A DNA stretch of 63,129 nucleotides, filler included, from Octopus bimaculoides (lineage: Eukaryota): the NCBI RefSeq assembly GCF_001194135.2. It is 4 parts of 4 records of this genome, joined end to end, with 100 filler letters (N's around TTAATTAATTAA, not from the genome) between each part and the next. Parts side by side here need not be neighbours in the genome. Positions count along the whole stretch, not along the records: positions 47,745 to 59,370 come from NC_069008.1; positions 59,471 to 63,129 come from NW_026436015.1; 2 more parts are not named here. One strand, given 5' to 3'. The position numbers and the translations under genes are program-made. Under the pieces are notes generated by a model that ran no database searches, was not told the origin of the DNA, and saw nothing but the letters and a program-made list of their open reading frames with translations. Below, piece after piece: positions 48,444 through 61,779 of this stretch; the stretch's first letter is position 1, and each line of letters begins with the position of its first letter.

Positions 48444-49458
48444 NNNNNNNNNNNNNNNNNNNNNNNNNNNNNNNNNNNNNNNNNNNNNNNNNNNNNNNNN
48501 NNNNNNNNNNNNNNNNNNNNNNNNNNNNNNNNNNNNNNNNNNNNNNNNNNNNNNNNNNNNNNNNNNNNNNNNNNNNNNNNNNNNNNNNNNNNNNNNNNNN
48601 NNNNNNNNNNNNNNNNNNNNNNNNNNNNNNNNNNNNNNNNNNNNNNNNNNNNNNNNNNNNNNNNNNNNNNNNNNNNNNNNNNNNNNNNNNNNNNNNNNNN
48701 NNNNNNNNNNNNNNNNNNNNNNNNNNNNNNNNNNNNNNNNNNNNNNNNNNNNNNNNNNNNNNNNNNNNNNNNNNNNNNNNNNNNNNNNNNNNNNNNNNNN
48801 NNNNNNNNNNNNNNNNNNNNNNNNNNNNNNNNNNNNNNNNNNNNNNNNNNNNNNNNNNNNNNNNNNNNNNNNNNNNNNNNNNNNNNNNNNNNNNNNNNNN
48901 NNNNNNNNNNNNNNNNNNNNNNNNNNNNNNNNNNNNNNNNNNNNNNNNNNNNNNNNNNNNNNNNNNNNNNNNNNNNNNNNNNNNNNNNNNNNNNNNNNNN
49001 NNNNNNNNNNNNNNNNNNNNNNNNNNNNNNNNNNNNNNNNNNNNNNNNNNNNNNNNNNNNNNNNNNNNNNNNNNNNNNNNNNNNNNNNNNNNNNNNNNNN
49101 NNNNNNNNNNNNNNNNNNNNNNNNNNNNNNNNNNNNNNNNNNNNNNNNNNNNNNNNNNNNNNNNNNNNNNNNNNNNNNNNNNNNNNNNNNNNNNNNNNNN
49201 NNNNNNNNNNNNNNNNNNNNNNNNNNNNNNNNNNNNNNNNNNNNNNNNNNNNNNNNNNNNNNNNNNNNNNNNNNNNNNNNNNNNNNNNNNNNNNNNNNNN
49301 NNNNNNNNNNNNNNNNNNNNNNNNNNAAGTAACTGAGGAAGTTCACTGCTTGAACAACTTTGGCTATGTCTTCTCGAATCTAGGATTAAAGATCGAAGGC
49401 GCAAAAACATTTTGTCCAACATTGCAGCCATATTGCCTCACCAGCGGTCACCTAAGTA

Positions 49459-49490
<32 letters not shown>

Positions 49491-50050
49491 TAATAATAAT
49501 AAGCTTTTCTACAGTAAGCACAAGGTCTGGGATTTTAGGGGAGATGGGTAGTCGATTAATGTAATAATGCAATAAATAGTCCAATAAGTTTAATCATGTG
49601 AAAGACTAGAAAAATAAAAATAAAATAGGAAGCGAAAAAACTATAACAAAAAATAAACAAGATAACGAAGATAACCTCTATAAAACTAACGAAGTAGATA
49701 CTTACGTATGTAGTGTTACGCCATAAAACAGAGATCGTCTGCTTTTTAATGGCGTCTCTTTTTCGTTACATTATGGCGCGAAATGGCCGAACGAAAGTTT
49801 AATACGGCGGAATAATAACGCACCAATGCCAAATATATGTGCTTCTTTGAGAACGTATTCGTATACTGAAATGTGTGTGTGTGTGTGTCCCCGTGTGTTA
49901 TGGAGGGATGAGCATTTTTGTGTCTTCTTTTTTTGTTTGCGTGTGAGTATCTATTTACATTACACTTGGTTGAGTTGTGATTTTGATAGACTTTCGATTA
50001 CCTAAACGCACTTATAATGTTTTTACATATATGTCTTTGATTTACTTTAC

Positions 50051-50107
50051 AGTTCTGAAAAAGATAAAGAAAAAAATTTAATGTTCTTATAATTCATTTA
50101 TTGTCGG

Positions 50108-50168
<61 letters not shown>

Positions 50169-50289
50169 CATACATTATATATAAACATGTATTCATTCAT
50201 ACATACATGAATACATACACACATATATATAGTTCTGAAAAAGATAAAGAAAAAATTTAATGCTCTTCTAATTCATTTAATATCGGTTA
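50051..50289 (+). repeat. About 60-bp direct repeat pair, 180 bp apart
   Basis: agttctgaaaaagataaag...cggtta at 50051-50110 and 50231-50289. Confidence 0.85.
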
Positions 50290-50491
50290 CACACACACGC
50301 GCACGCACGTACGCACGTATATATTCACACACACATACACGCTCGCGAATGTGTGTGTATTTTAATACCGTATTTATTTTACTGTGATTTTATATTTTTT
50401 TTTATTTCTCGAATTTAGTCTAATGTATATATTAGTAGTTATTACATCTGCAGGAAAACATGAGTCAGTATAGTAAATGAGATAAGTAATA

Positions 50492-50615
50492 GGCGTACTA
50501 GTGGCTGTGTGTAAGTAGCTAACTGACCAACCACATGGTGCCGGGTTCAGTACCTCTGCGTGGTGTCTTGGGTAAATGTCCTCTACTATAGCCTAGGGGC
50601 GATCAAAGCCTTGTG
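50492..50615 (+). mobile_element. SINE family B, degenerate 5' half
   Basis: gtggctgtgtgtaagtagc...gggttcagtacc...ctactatagcc...caaagccttgtga. Confidence 0.8.
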
Positions 50616-50654
50616 ACCTTTTTGTTTTGGTGTCGTAATTAAGTAATAAACAAC

Positions 50655-50774
50655 TTGGTACCAGTGATGTTGCAACTCATTTCTACAGCTGAATGAACTG
50701 GAGCAACGTGAAATAAAGTCTCTTGCTCAAGAACACAACACACAGCCCGGTCCGGAAATCGAACACACAACCTC
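50655..50774 (-). mobile_element. SINE family C, 5'/central part (Meta/V-like core)
   Basis: The minus strand reads gttcgatttccggacc (B-box) ...gtgttcttgagcaagagactttatttcacgttgctccagttcattcagctgtagaaatgagt. Confidence 0.7.
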
Positions 50775-51159
50775 NNNNNNNNNNNNNNNNNNNNNNNNNN
50801 NNNNNNNNNNNNNNNNNNNNNNNNNNNNNNNNNNNNNNNNNNNNNNNNNNNNNNNNNNNNNNNNNNNNNNNNNNNNNNNNNNNNNNNNNNNNNNNNNNNN
50901 NNNNNNNNNNNNNNNNNNNNNNNNNNNNNNNNNNNNNNNNNNNNNNNNNNNNNNNNNNNNNNNNNNNNNNNNNNNNNNNNNNNNNNNNNNNNNNNNNNNN
51001 NNNNNNNNNNNNNNNNNNNNNNNNNNNNNNNNNNNNNNNNNNNNNNNNNNNNNNNNNNNNNNNNNNNNNNNNNNNNNNNNNNNNNNNNNNNNNNNNNNNN
51101 NNNNNNNNNNNNNNNNNNNNNNNNNNNNNNNNNNNNNNNNNNNNNNNNNNACACTGAAT

Positions 51160-52347
51160 TTCTTGCAAATCCACTTCCTGTAGAATCATGTTTGACAATA
51201 TAACTTTCCTTGAATGAACACTTTTTGTCCAGGTACCCTGTTCGTAGTGCATTGGCAACACGACTGTCGGTAATTTTATACCATGAATTCCTCACCCAAT
51301 TCACGACGTCTTTGAGGTTGGGTTTTACAAATTTCCACTCTGATTTCTCTCCATTCTATGTTCGATATATTCATTCATTTCTATCCGCAAATAATCCTTG
51401 AAGATCTAATGTTTGTAGATATGAAATCATTCCTGTGGGAATCATTATGTGGTCAATTCTTCTTTCAGAAAGGAAGGTTTTCATATCTTTTACGTGATGA
51501 GTACTGGCCGAAACCCAAACTAAAAGACCTCTTTGAGAACCACGTAAAACAACTGGCATAGTTAAATCAACCCATTTTCTTTAACAGCTTGTGTGTACCA
51601 AGCCTTTTCCGTTTCAAGGATATAAATTCCCGAAACTCGTTCTATTTTCTCTTTTTTCCCCTTTGTGATGATAAACTGTGGGACTTTTCTTCAATCAAGA
51701 CGAATTGCTAAAATACAAGTAACCCTTGCACTTTTGTAACATGTTGAGGCAACGTAGATTGACAAGGCATTTGTCTGTTCAATTGCCGTTTTAGATCCTT
51801 GGCCTATAAATATTGCAGTCTCATCCATAGCAATTATACTTTAGAGATTGTATTTAGAAAAGTCGATGCCATCAACAAAGGACTTGAATGCAAGTGCACG
51901 TTGAATCACTTCAGCCTTCTCCAGCTTGAACAGTGTTGTCGATTTTCTTAGAGAGAGCTCATATCGCCGAAGGAAGTTATCCAACCAATGAGTTGATGCT
52001 TTGAGTATCTCTTGGGGTGTATCCGACTGTGGTACCATTGCAAGAGCAAATTCTTGAATATCAACCGTACGTACAACCATCGCCTTTGTTCTTCTGTCAG
52101 CAATCCATCCCGAGTTGATATCTTCCAGCTCCGAAAATAACGGTTTTCGATCTGATCCACACTGGCGCTTCTTAGCATTTCCCTCATCCATCTGTCTGCT
52201 GAGGTTATCGTACTCTGCTCGCTATTTTCGAACCATTCGGAGATCCAACATCTTCTCCTTACAGCAAGCCATAAGATTCTTGTTATGTGACCCCTCCACA
52301 ATTCCTTTCTTGTACTCCACGGAATAACTCTTTCTTTTTGCACTCAT
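51160..52347 (-). pseudogene. pogo/Tigger-family transposase pseudogene (HTH, CENP-B-like HTH, DDE_1)
   Basis: ATG at 52347: MSAKRKSYSVEYK...RKPLFSELE...W...R...KASTHWLDNFLRRYELSLRKST...LLVW.SASTH...IPTGMISYLQTLD. Several frameshifts. Confidence 0.88.
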
Positions 52348-52394
52348 CTTGCCTGGGGGACAATTGAGTCAAGCCAAGGGAGTGTTTGTTAATG

Positions 52395-52446
52395 CATATA
52401 GCTACTTATCTATCTGTCTGTCTATGTAAGTATGTATGTATGTATG

Positions 52447-52479
<33 letters not shown>

Positions 52480-52960
52480 CTCTGTCTGTGTCCGTCTGTC
52501 TACCTACATACCTATCCACCTATCAGTCTCTCTCTCTCTCTCTCTCTCTCTCTACCTACCTACTTACCAGTCTCCAGCTACCTACCTATCTATCTATCTA
52601 TCTATCTATACATACATACATACATACATATATATATTCGTAATTGCGTTTCTATGTATGAGTGTGTGTATGTCTATGTGTGTGTGTTTGTACCTTTTGT
52701 CTCTCGGTGTGTTTCTGTGCATCTACCTTTGTTTGTGACTGTGTTTCTGCGTGTGATGTCCACAGTGAAATCGGCTTTATTGTTGTGAAGCTATTGCTGT
52801 GTCCAGTCTGTCAGGTTTGGCATTTCTTTGACTACAGACAAAGCCCTGTTCCTGTGGCTGGAGGCCAAAATGGATTAAAGTGGACGTTTTGATACACTCT
52901 CTTTATCAAGGGGACGACGCTGGCCGTCACTCCCGCCTCTTCCCTCTATCACTTCGCTAC

Positions 52961-53015
<55 letters not shown>

Positions 53016-53179
53016 GTTATGTTATGTTTATCTCTGTGTCCCTTTCTGACTTCATCTCATCCTCTCTATGTCACTTTCTCTCTCTCGTCTTCTCCGTTTG
53101 TCTCTTTGTCTTTGTCTCTTTGTCTTCCTCTCTTTGTCTTTCCTCTCTATATATTGCCTTATCTCTCTGTTTCTTCTCT

Positions 53180-53217
<38 letters not shown>

Positions 53218-53630
53218 CTGTCTTATATGTCTCTCACACATTCTTATAAATATATATATATGTGTATATATATATATATGTGTGTGTGTGTATATATATA
53301 TATATATGTGTATATATATATATATGTGTGTGTGTCTGTGTGTCTGTGTGTATATATGTATATCAACCCTTCTCTTCATCTTTTATTTCATTGTGTATTT
53401 CAGTCTCTCACTATCCCTCTCACCTTCACTCTCTAATCCTTATCCTCCTCTCACTTATCTCTCTCTCAAGCTCCTCTTATCTCTACGATAAACGTCTTTC
53501 CCTCTATTTCAATTTTAGGCCTCAATTATTTCTCCCTCTCTCTCTCTTTCACACACACACACACACACTCTCTATTTCTCTCTCTTTCTCTCTCTTTCTC
53601 TCTCTTTCTCTCTCTTTCTCTCTCTCTCTT

Positions 53631-53697
<67 letters not shown>

Positions 53698-53844
53698 TTC
53701 TCTNNNNNNNNNNNNNNNNNNNNNNNNNNNNNNNNNNNNNNNNNNNNNNNNNNNNNNNNNNNNNNNNNNNNNNNNNNNNNNNNNNNNNNNNNNNNNNNNN
53801 NNNNNNNNNNNNNNNNNNNNNNNNNNNNNNNNNNNNNNNNNNNN

Positions 53845-53906
<62 letters not shown>

Positions 53907-54520
53907 ATCTGATAGCTAATTGCTATCTCTCTTTAACTTCTCTCCTTTTAGAACTTACATAGTCAGTCTCTTTCTCACATTTCTCTCCTTCTCTCTCTCT
54001 CTCTCTCTCTGGCTCGCGTTTTCAGTCTCCTTCTTTCTCTCTACCCTTCTCTGTCTCTCTCTCTACCCTTCTCTGTCTCTCTCTCTCTCCGTCCTTGTCT
54101 CTGTCTGTTTGTCTGGCTCTGACTCCTATTTTCAAATTCTCTCTTTCTGTTTCTCTATCTTCCTCGTATCTGGCCGTTACCCCTCCTCTTCCTTCCCTCA
54201 CTTCGCAATCTCTCCCTCTCACGCATGTCTCTATCTTTTCAACTGCGTTTTCAGATGTCCCTATCCCCTCCTCGCTGTACATCCCTGTTTTTTCTCTCTT
54301 AAAGACGTTTTTCTCTCTAATTCCACAACTCTCTCTCTCTCTCTCTCTCTGTCCATTCTCTTCGTTTCCTTTAACAGTCTCTCTTTTCCCCTCCCTTTCT
54401 CTTCTCTCTTAGTCTTTCTCAGATACACTCCCCACCTCTTTGCCACTCACCGTTGCATCTGTCTCTTTTTTTCTTGAAGTCTCTCTAAAACCACATTCTT
54501 TGTCTCTCTGTCTGTCACCC
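52395..54520. repeat. (TATC)n/(CT)n/(TA)n microsatellite and polypyrimidine field
   Basis: Direct sequence. Confidence 0.92.
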
Positions 54521-54600
54521 AGTTCTCCCTGTGTCTTACAAGCCTCTCATTCGCACTTTCTCTTCCCTGTGAGTATGTGTATATGTGTGTGTATATAGGT

Positions 54601-54770
54601 GCAGGAGTGGCTGTGTGGTAAGAAGCTTGTTTCCCAACCACATGGTTCCGGGTTCAGCCCCACTGCGTGACACCTTGGCCAAGTGTCTTCTACTATAGCC
54701 TCGGGCCAGCCAAGTCCTCGTGAGTGGATTCAGTAGACGGAAACTGAAAGAAGCCCGTCGTATATATATA

Positions 54771-54806
<36 letters not shown>

Positions 54807-55500
54807 NNNNNNNNNNNNNNNNNNNNNNNNNNNNNNNNNNNNNNNNNNNNNNNNNNNNNNNNNNNNNNNNNNNNNNNNNNNNNNNNNNNNNNNNNNNNNN
54901 NNNNNNNNNNNNNNNNNNNNNNNNNNNNNNNNNNNNNNNNNNNNNNNNNNNNNNNNNNNNNNNNNNNNNNNNNNNNNNNNNNNNNNNNNNNNNNNNNNNN
55001 NNNNNNNNNNNNNNNNNNNNNNNNNNNNNNNNNNNNNNNNNNNNNNNNNNNNNNNNNNNNNNNNNNNNNNNNNNNNNNNNNNNNNNNNNNNNNNNNNNNN
55101 NNNNNNNNNNNNNNNNNNNNNNNNNNNNNNNNNNNNNNNNNNNNNNNNNNNNNNNNNNNNNNNNNNNNNNNNNNNNNNNNNNNNNNNNNNNNNNNNNNNN
55201 NNNNNNNNNNNNNNNNNNNNNNNNNNNNNNNNNNNNNNNNNNNNNNNNNNNNNNNNNNNNNNNNNNNNNNNNNNNNNNNNNNNNNNNNNNNNNNNNNNNN
55301 NNNNNNNNNNNNNNNNNNNNNNNNNNNNNNNNNNNNNNNNCCCACCCATCGCTTGACAATCGATGTTGGTGTGTTTACATCCCCCGTAACGTAGCAGTTC
55401 GGCAAAAGAGACCGATAAGATAAGTATTAGGCTTACAAAGAATACGTCCTGCAGCTCGATTTGTTTGACTAAAGGCGGCTCCTCCAGCATGGCCGCAATC
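54601..55500 (+). mobile_element. SINE family B, full length, with the internal microsatellite collapsed into an N gap
   Basis: Head 54601-54760 and tail 55341-55500 match the 11718-12126 copy. Confidence 0.9.
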
Positions 55501-55557
55501 TGTCTGTCTAGCTCTGACTCCTATTTGTAACAAGTGAAAAATAAAAAAAAGGCAAAT

Positions 55558-55608
<51 letters not shown>

Positions 55609-55914
55609 TCAGTGTATATGCATATATACATAGATATACATATACACATAGATACTTGAATGTGTGTGTATGTCTGTAGTTTAGATATGAGGATATATGC
55701 GCATAGATGTACGTTTGTGTGTATGAATGTGTGTATTTATAGCGTTTACGCACGTATATAAGACTATACGTACGTATAGGCATTCGTATGTGTGTATACA
55801 TACACATGTATAGAGATACATATATATGTGTGTGTGTAATTTACGTATGCATCTATCTCTGCTTCCCCGTATCTTCATCAGTCTCTCTTCTTTTTCCCTT
55901 TCTGTGTCTGTCTC

Positions 55915-55976
<62 letters not shown>

Positions 55977-56063
55977 CATGTGGCAATAGCATGTTTAATC
56001 AGAATTGCTATATTGTGGATGATGGCATGGTGTGGTGATGGCGGTGGTGACTACAGTATTGGC

Positions 56064-56097
<34 letters not shown>

Positions 56098-56115
56098 CTT
56101 CAGTACTATAACTTC

Positions 56116-56150
<35 letters not shown>

Positions 56151-56169
56151 CATGTGTGATTATTGTATA

Positions 56170-56218
<49 letters not shown>

Positions 56219-56474
56219 NNNNNNNNNNNNNNNNNNNNNNNNNNNNNNNNNNNNNNNNNNNNNNNNNNNNNNNNNNNNNNNNNNNNNNNNNNNNNNNNNN
56301 NNNNNNNNNNNNNNNNNNNNNNNNNNNNNNNNNNNNNNNNNNNNNNNNNNNNNNNNNNNNNNNNNNNNNNNNNNNNNNNNNNNNNNNNNNNNNNNNNNNN
56401 NNNNNNNNNNNNNNNNNNNNNNNNNNNNNNNNNNNNNNNNNNNNNNNNNNNNNNNNNNNNNNNNNNNNNNNNNN

Positions 56475-58260
56475 ATTGGTGGTGGGGATGGTGGTGGTCG
56501 ACGTTTGTTGTTGTGGTGGTGGTTGTGGGTGTTGAGGGTAGTTATGGTGGTAGTAGTGGTGGTGGTGAGAGTGTTGGTGGTAGTGCTGGTGGTGGCAGTA
56601 TTGTTGGTCGTGTTGGTGACGACAGTGTTGCTGGTAGCAGCGGTTGTAGTCGAGGTGGTAGTGGTGACATTACTGGTAGTAGTGGTGGTAATAGTGTTGG
56701 TAGCAGTGGTCGTTGTGGTGATGATATTGTAAGTAGTGGTAGTCATGATAGTGTTCATGGTAGTTTTGGTGGTAGTGTATCGGCAGTAGTAGTGTTACTG
56801 TTGGTGGTGGTGTTTGTAGTGGTTAATAATTGTGGCGTGGTTGTTTGTAGTGTTGGTAGTAGTTGTGGTTATGAAGCTCAGTACTGATGCTTGTTGTGGT
56901 ATTGGTTGCAGTATTCGTGGTATAGGTCTGGTAGTATTTGTAGGCCATCTGTATTGGTTGTGGTGGTTATTTGTAGTAGATGCGGTGTTAGTGGTGGTGA
57001 TGTTAGTCAGTTGTAGTAGCGGCGGTAGTGGTTGTGCTAGTTATATAAGCTGCTGTGGTAGTTAGGTGGTAGTGGTGATTATGTAAAGCAGGACTAATGG
57101 TAGTTCATTGTTGTGGTGGCAGTGGTGCTGTCCAATTGTAGTTTTGGTGGTAGTGGTGTTGGTTGTACTTTTAATGATAGTAGTAGTAGTGGTGGTGGTG
57201 GTGGTTGTGACTTTAATAATAGTAGTAGTAGTGGTAGAAGTAGTTACAGTTGAAGTGGTGGTTACTGTAGTAATGGTAGTAGTGTAAATGGCAGAAGCAG
57301 TAGCCTTAGAGGTGGTATTGGTTGTTGTAGGAGTGGTTGCTGTGTCAATGGTGGTAGTATTGTGGTTGCTGTAGTGGTAACGGTTGTGAGAGTTGTGGTG
57401 GCAGTTACTGTGGTGGTGGTGATTGTAGTAGTGGTAGTTGCTGTGTTAAACAGTTGTATTTGATGTGGTGGTAGTGGTTGGAGTAGCAGTTGTGGTTTGT
57501 AGTGGCGCTTGTTGTCATGGTGTATGTGGTAGTGGTAACGATTCTAATAGCTGGCCGTAGTAGTGATGGTGAACCATTGACACAGCAACCACTCCTACAA
57601 CAACCAATACCATTTCTAAGGCTACTGCCTCTGCCATTTACACTACTACCATTTACACTACTACCATTACTACAGTAACCACCACTTCAACTATAACTAC
57701 TACTACTACTACTACTACTAGTCGTGATGGTCATGGTGGTGTTTGTCATGAGTGTTTGTGGTGGTAGTGTTAGTAGCAGTAGTATTTATGGCAGTGGTGG
57801 TTGTGGTCGTGATGGTGATAGTTGCGGTAGTGGTGGTGGTAGTTGAGGTTGTGATCGGGAGGAGTGGTAGTGGCGAAAGTTGTGGTGGGAGTGTTAGTGT
57901 TAGTAACAATGGTGGTTGTGGTATTTATTGGTGGTGGTGGTTGTGGTGGTGGTGGTAGTGTTGTTATCCGTGATTGTGATGGGTGGCTAAAGGTTGTGGT
58001 GGTAGTGATAGTAAACGTATCGGTGGTGCAGGTATTGATGATGATGCTAATGATGATGATGATGGACATGGTAATGATAATGCTGATGATGATGATTACG
58101 ATGATGACAATTGACAAAATCCAATTGTGCTAATTAATTGTTCATTAAGTTTGATTGTCACTTAGTAACGGTGGTGATGATAGAGGCGGTGCTGGCGGCG
58201 GTTGTTGTTGTTGTTGGTGGTGTGGTGGTGATGGTGGTGGTGATAGTGCTGGTTGATGTT
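56475..58260. repeat. (GGT/AGT/GAT)n low-complexity tract with an inverted block at about 57571-57720
   Basis: Direct sequence; strand polarity flips to (ACT/ACC) and back again. Confidence 0.88.
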
Positions 58261-58619
58261 CTTACACTTTAACCCTAGGTTTTAACATAGAAACAGTGGA
58301 CAATGCCTGTGATCCAACGTTACACTCCGATTATTTTTCGTTTGGTTTTCAGATATTATGTGTGTGTTGTTTTTGTTATTTTTAAGACGGTAGGTTGTAA
58401 TTTGCGGGACGGAGTGGAAGAGGTGAGAAACAGGAGACCTGGACAGCCGACAACTTATGAAGGGTCGTGCTTTATGTTACTTGTCTTCTTTTCCATTTGT
58501 TTCTCTCGTTTGCATACCCAAATTTATCTTCGTATTTCATTTTGTTTACGTTTTGTGACATCCTGCACCAATATATGCATGTATAAATATATATGTATGT
58601 ATGTACATGTATGTATATA

Positions 58620-58685
<66 letters not shown>

Positions 58686-58789
58686 CATATATAATATGAT
58701 TGAACGCCACGCATCCATTTCCAAATAAGTATATATACATACATACATACACACAGATATATATATATATAGTTGTTACATGTGTGTTT

Positions 58790-58925
58790 GTGTGTGTGTG
58801 TGTGTGTGGGTTCTTTGTGTCTGTTCGTCACCCTACCACCACTTGAAAATCAGGTTCTTGTGTTTGCATCCCCGCAAGCTAGAGGTTCGGCAAAAGAGAC
58901 TGATAGAATAGGTACCAAACTTAAA
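58790..58925 (+). mobile_element. SINE family B, degenerate 3' half
   Basis: ggttcggcaaaagagactgatagaataggtacc resembles 11990-12025. Confidence 0.7.
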
Positions 58926-59019
58926 ACGTAAGCACATAAATGCGAAACAATTTGGAAAAAATTGTACTCGAATACCAGAGGTAGAGTAATATGAATATTA
59001 ACATTTGTAAATGTCGCTG

Positions 59020-59322
59020 AAGGAGACTACGGCAGCCGCATTATCGCCAAGCTAACATGGCAGTCCAGGAAAATAGGACGGATGCTGCCGTTCATTAGCT
59101 CCAAGAGGCCATCGCCTCTAGCTAGCTATGTGACACACAAACCTGTGTCCATTATAATCTTCGAACAGGGGAGGTCAGCAGCTTCCCCATGCTGGTTCAA
59201 CATCCACAGGCTAGTTTCGGGGGTATTTGCCCCTTTTCAATGTGGGGTAGCCGAACCCAGCAGGCGTCGCTGCTGAACGTCTTTTCGAAGTCTCCTTTCG
59301 AGACAGATAGATAAATAAATAA
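59020..59322. repeat. Unclassified GC-richer structured repeat ending in (AAAT)n
   Basis: Abrupt GC increase, several short hairpins, and an A-rich tail. Confidence 0.35.
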
Positions 59323-59807
59323 ATGGAATTAAACGCAGGTGTTATTCAAATTCCTTTTTACCTGCGTTTANNNNNNNNNNNNNNNNNNNNNNNNNNNNNN
59401 NNNNNNNNNNNNNNTTAATTAATTAANNNNNNNNNNNNNNNNNNNNNNNNNNNNNNNNNNNNNNNNNNNNAGTTTACAAGTTCCATTGAGAAATTTATGG
59501 TGAACAGATCATAGTAAAACTATTTCGAAAAACGGATTACTGAATAACTAAGTTCCAATGAAAAATTGACTGTGAACGAGTCATTGGAATGAACTGAAAG
59601 AGAAGCAAATGTGGCTAACCAAGGCTGGTTTACTTAGTTCCAGGTTGGCTGGTTATTGTCAATGAATGTGGACAATTGTGTCGGAGAAGAAGGAAGAAAG
59701 ATACTCACTTGCCTCATCAGATGCGCAGCAATGAAAACGCACACATTGGAATATCAGAACCGTGTGTGCGTGTGTGTGTATGCGAGAGTGCGTACGTGCT
59801 ATTGTGA

Positions 59808-59847
<40 letters not shown>

Positions 59848-60039
59848 AATGCGTTCGCAAGCAGATATCGAAGGAAAAGCTGTGTATGCATTATTCAACA
59901 CACTGCGATCACATTTACATGCACGTACAGTACATGCATACATATGTGTGCATATGCACGTAAACCACATGCAAATCTATGTGTGCATACATAAAAATAT
60001 ACACATACGCATACATACAAATATATAAACACGCCGTGT

Positions 60040-60935
60040 GGCATCACTCAGGCAGCGCCTGCTAAACAACATCGGCAAAAAATAGATATAAATGCTGTCC
60101 TGAAAAGTGAAGTGAGCAACATTGTACGACTTGGCAGTGAGCTACTCAAGAAGCACTCTCTTCCTGATGATCTCCTATGCAGCCCCAAAACAGCTGGGCT
60201 CTCTTACCTCAGAGAAAACCTGGATGGAAAGCACTTAGCATACAAAAAGAAAAAGACTATCCATGGATATGTTTCCCGGAAACTTGAAGAAGAGAGTAAA
60301 ACTGGCACGAAGTGCATCCTCTCTTGGACACAAGATCACTACATCAAATCACACTTTGAAGGCTATGCGTTTGCAATCCAGGAACAGGAGATTGCCACAA
60401 AGTACCCGGTGAACAAGAGAGACAGTGATGCTCTTGTAATCCCAAGGTGCAACCGCATGTGTAGGCTATGTCATGTTTCTGTGGAATAATTTCTGTGATT
60501 AGCAGCTGTCCTAAAATATCAAAATATCGTCACGGTACTACCTCCTTACACGGCACGATGTTGTTGCTAAAACAATTTACAATATCATCCGCAAAAAAGA
60601 CCGTCCTGAAATAAACTTAGAAAATCCATCTGTTATGGAATACCTTCATAAACACCAACTCAAAGAATACTGGTGGAATATTCTCATCAAAACTTCTGTC
60701 AAATGTAAACGTAACAGGCCGGATATTGTTTGGGACAGAGGGACAAAAGTATGTACCCTCATAGAGGACATCTGCCCTACAGATATAAATATCTTTTGGA
60801 AAATCAAAGAAAAGGAGGACATCTATGGACAACTGCTTCGAAACCACCAGCTTCCATATCCGGATTATGAATTCATACCAATAATAACTGGAGCACTAGG
60901 TTTTGTTAATAAATGTTGAAAGGAGAATCTGGATA
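60040..60935 (+). mobile_element. RLE-type (R4/NeSL-like) LINE C-terminal part, decayed
   Basis: HGY...EGYAFAIQEQEIATK...CRLCH.SVE...ISSC...RHDVVAKTIY...EYWWNILIKT..KCKRNRPDIV...KEKEDIYGQLL...FIPIITGALG (CCHC knuckle plus PD-type RLE). Confidence 0.9.
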
Positions 60936-61098
60936 AACTGCCTCGTCAGTTGAAGATTTATTTAGCGTAATTAAGAATAGAAGAGACATGCAAACATCTA
61001 ACTATGCATCCATCCATAAATACATACACACACGTGCATACATAAATGAATCCATCCATCCATCCAGTCATCCATCCATCCATCCATCCACCCATACA

Positions 61099-61132
<34 letters not shown>

Positions 61133-61524
61133 CATGCATGAATACATACATACATACATACATACACATACGCACATACATCCAACCATACATGCACACT
61201 AACACGTACTTGTTGATCAGCATATATAACAACCAGAATCAATGCCAAATATGATGTCTATAAGTTAACGTGAACGTGCTGGGTATTCCATGAATCAAAT
61301 TGAAAGACAACCTATTAAAAGACATTAAAGAAATTGGAAGACATGCTGTTACTCCTGGATAAACAAATGGAAAACATCCAAGAAGATTTGCGCATTAAGC
61401 ATTTAGAATTACTGTCGGAGTAAATCTCCAGGCGCCTTTTAGAACTACAAGCTACACGGACTCACGCAAATATATAACCCCATCACCCGTATATATTCAT
61501 TTATTTTTTTACTTGTGTCAGTAA

Positions 61525-61700
61525 TTTGCCTGCAGCCGTGCTGGAAGTCCGCCTTCAGTCGAACAAATAGATTACAGAAATTATTCTTTGTAAGCCTGGT
61601 ACCTATTCTCTCGGTCTCTTAGGCCGAGCGGCAAAGTTAAGGGAACGTAAACACACCAACATTGGTTATGAAGCGATGGTGGGAGGACAAACACAGATAC
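61525..61700 (-). mobile_element. SINE family B, degenerate 3' half
   Basis: Reverse-complement similarity to 11930-12090. Confidence 0.75.
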
Positions 61701-61739
61701 ACAAATACATACACATACATACAGGTATACATACATACA

Positions 61740-61772
<33 letters not shown>

Positions 61773-61779
61773 GTATGTT

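Noticed and set aside
59060-59200. HDV-like ribozyme on the minus strand (P4-like hairpin followed by GCUAAUGAAC)
   Set aside because: No P3/L3 pyrimidine loop or P1 helix at the required spacing.
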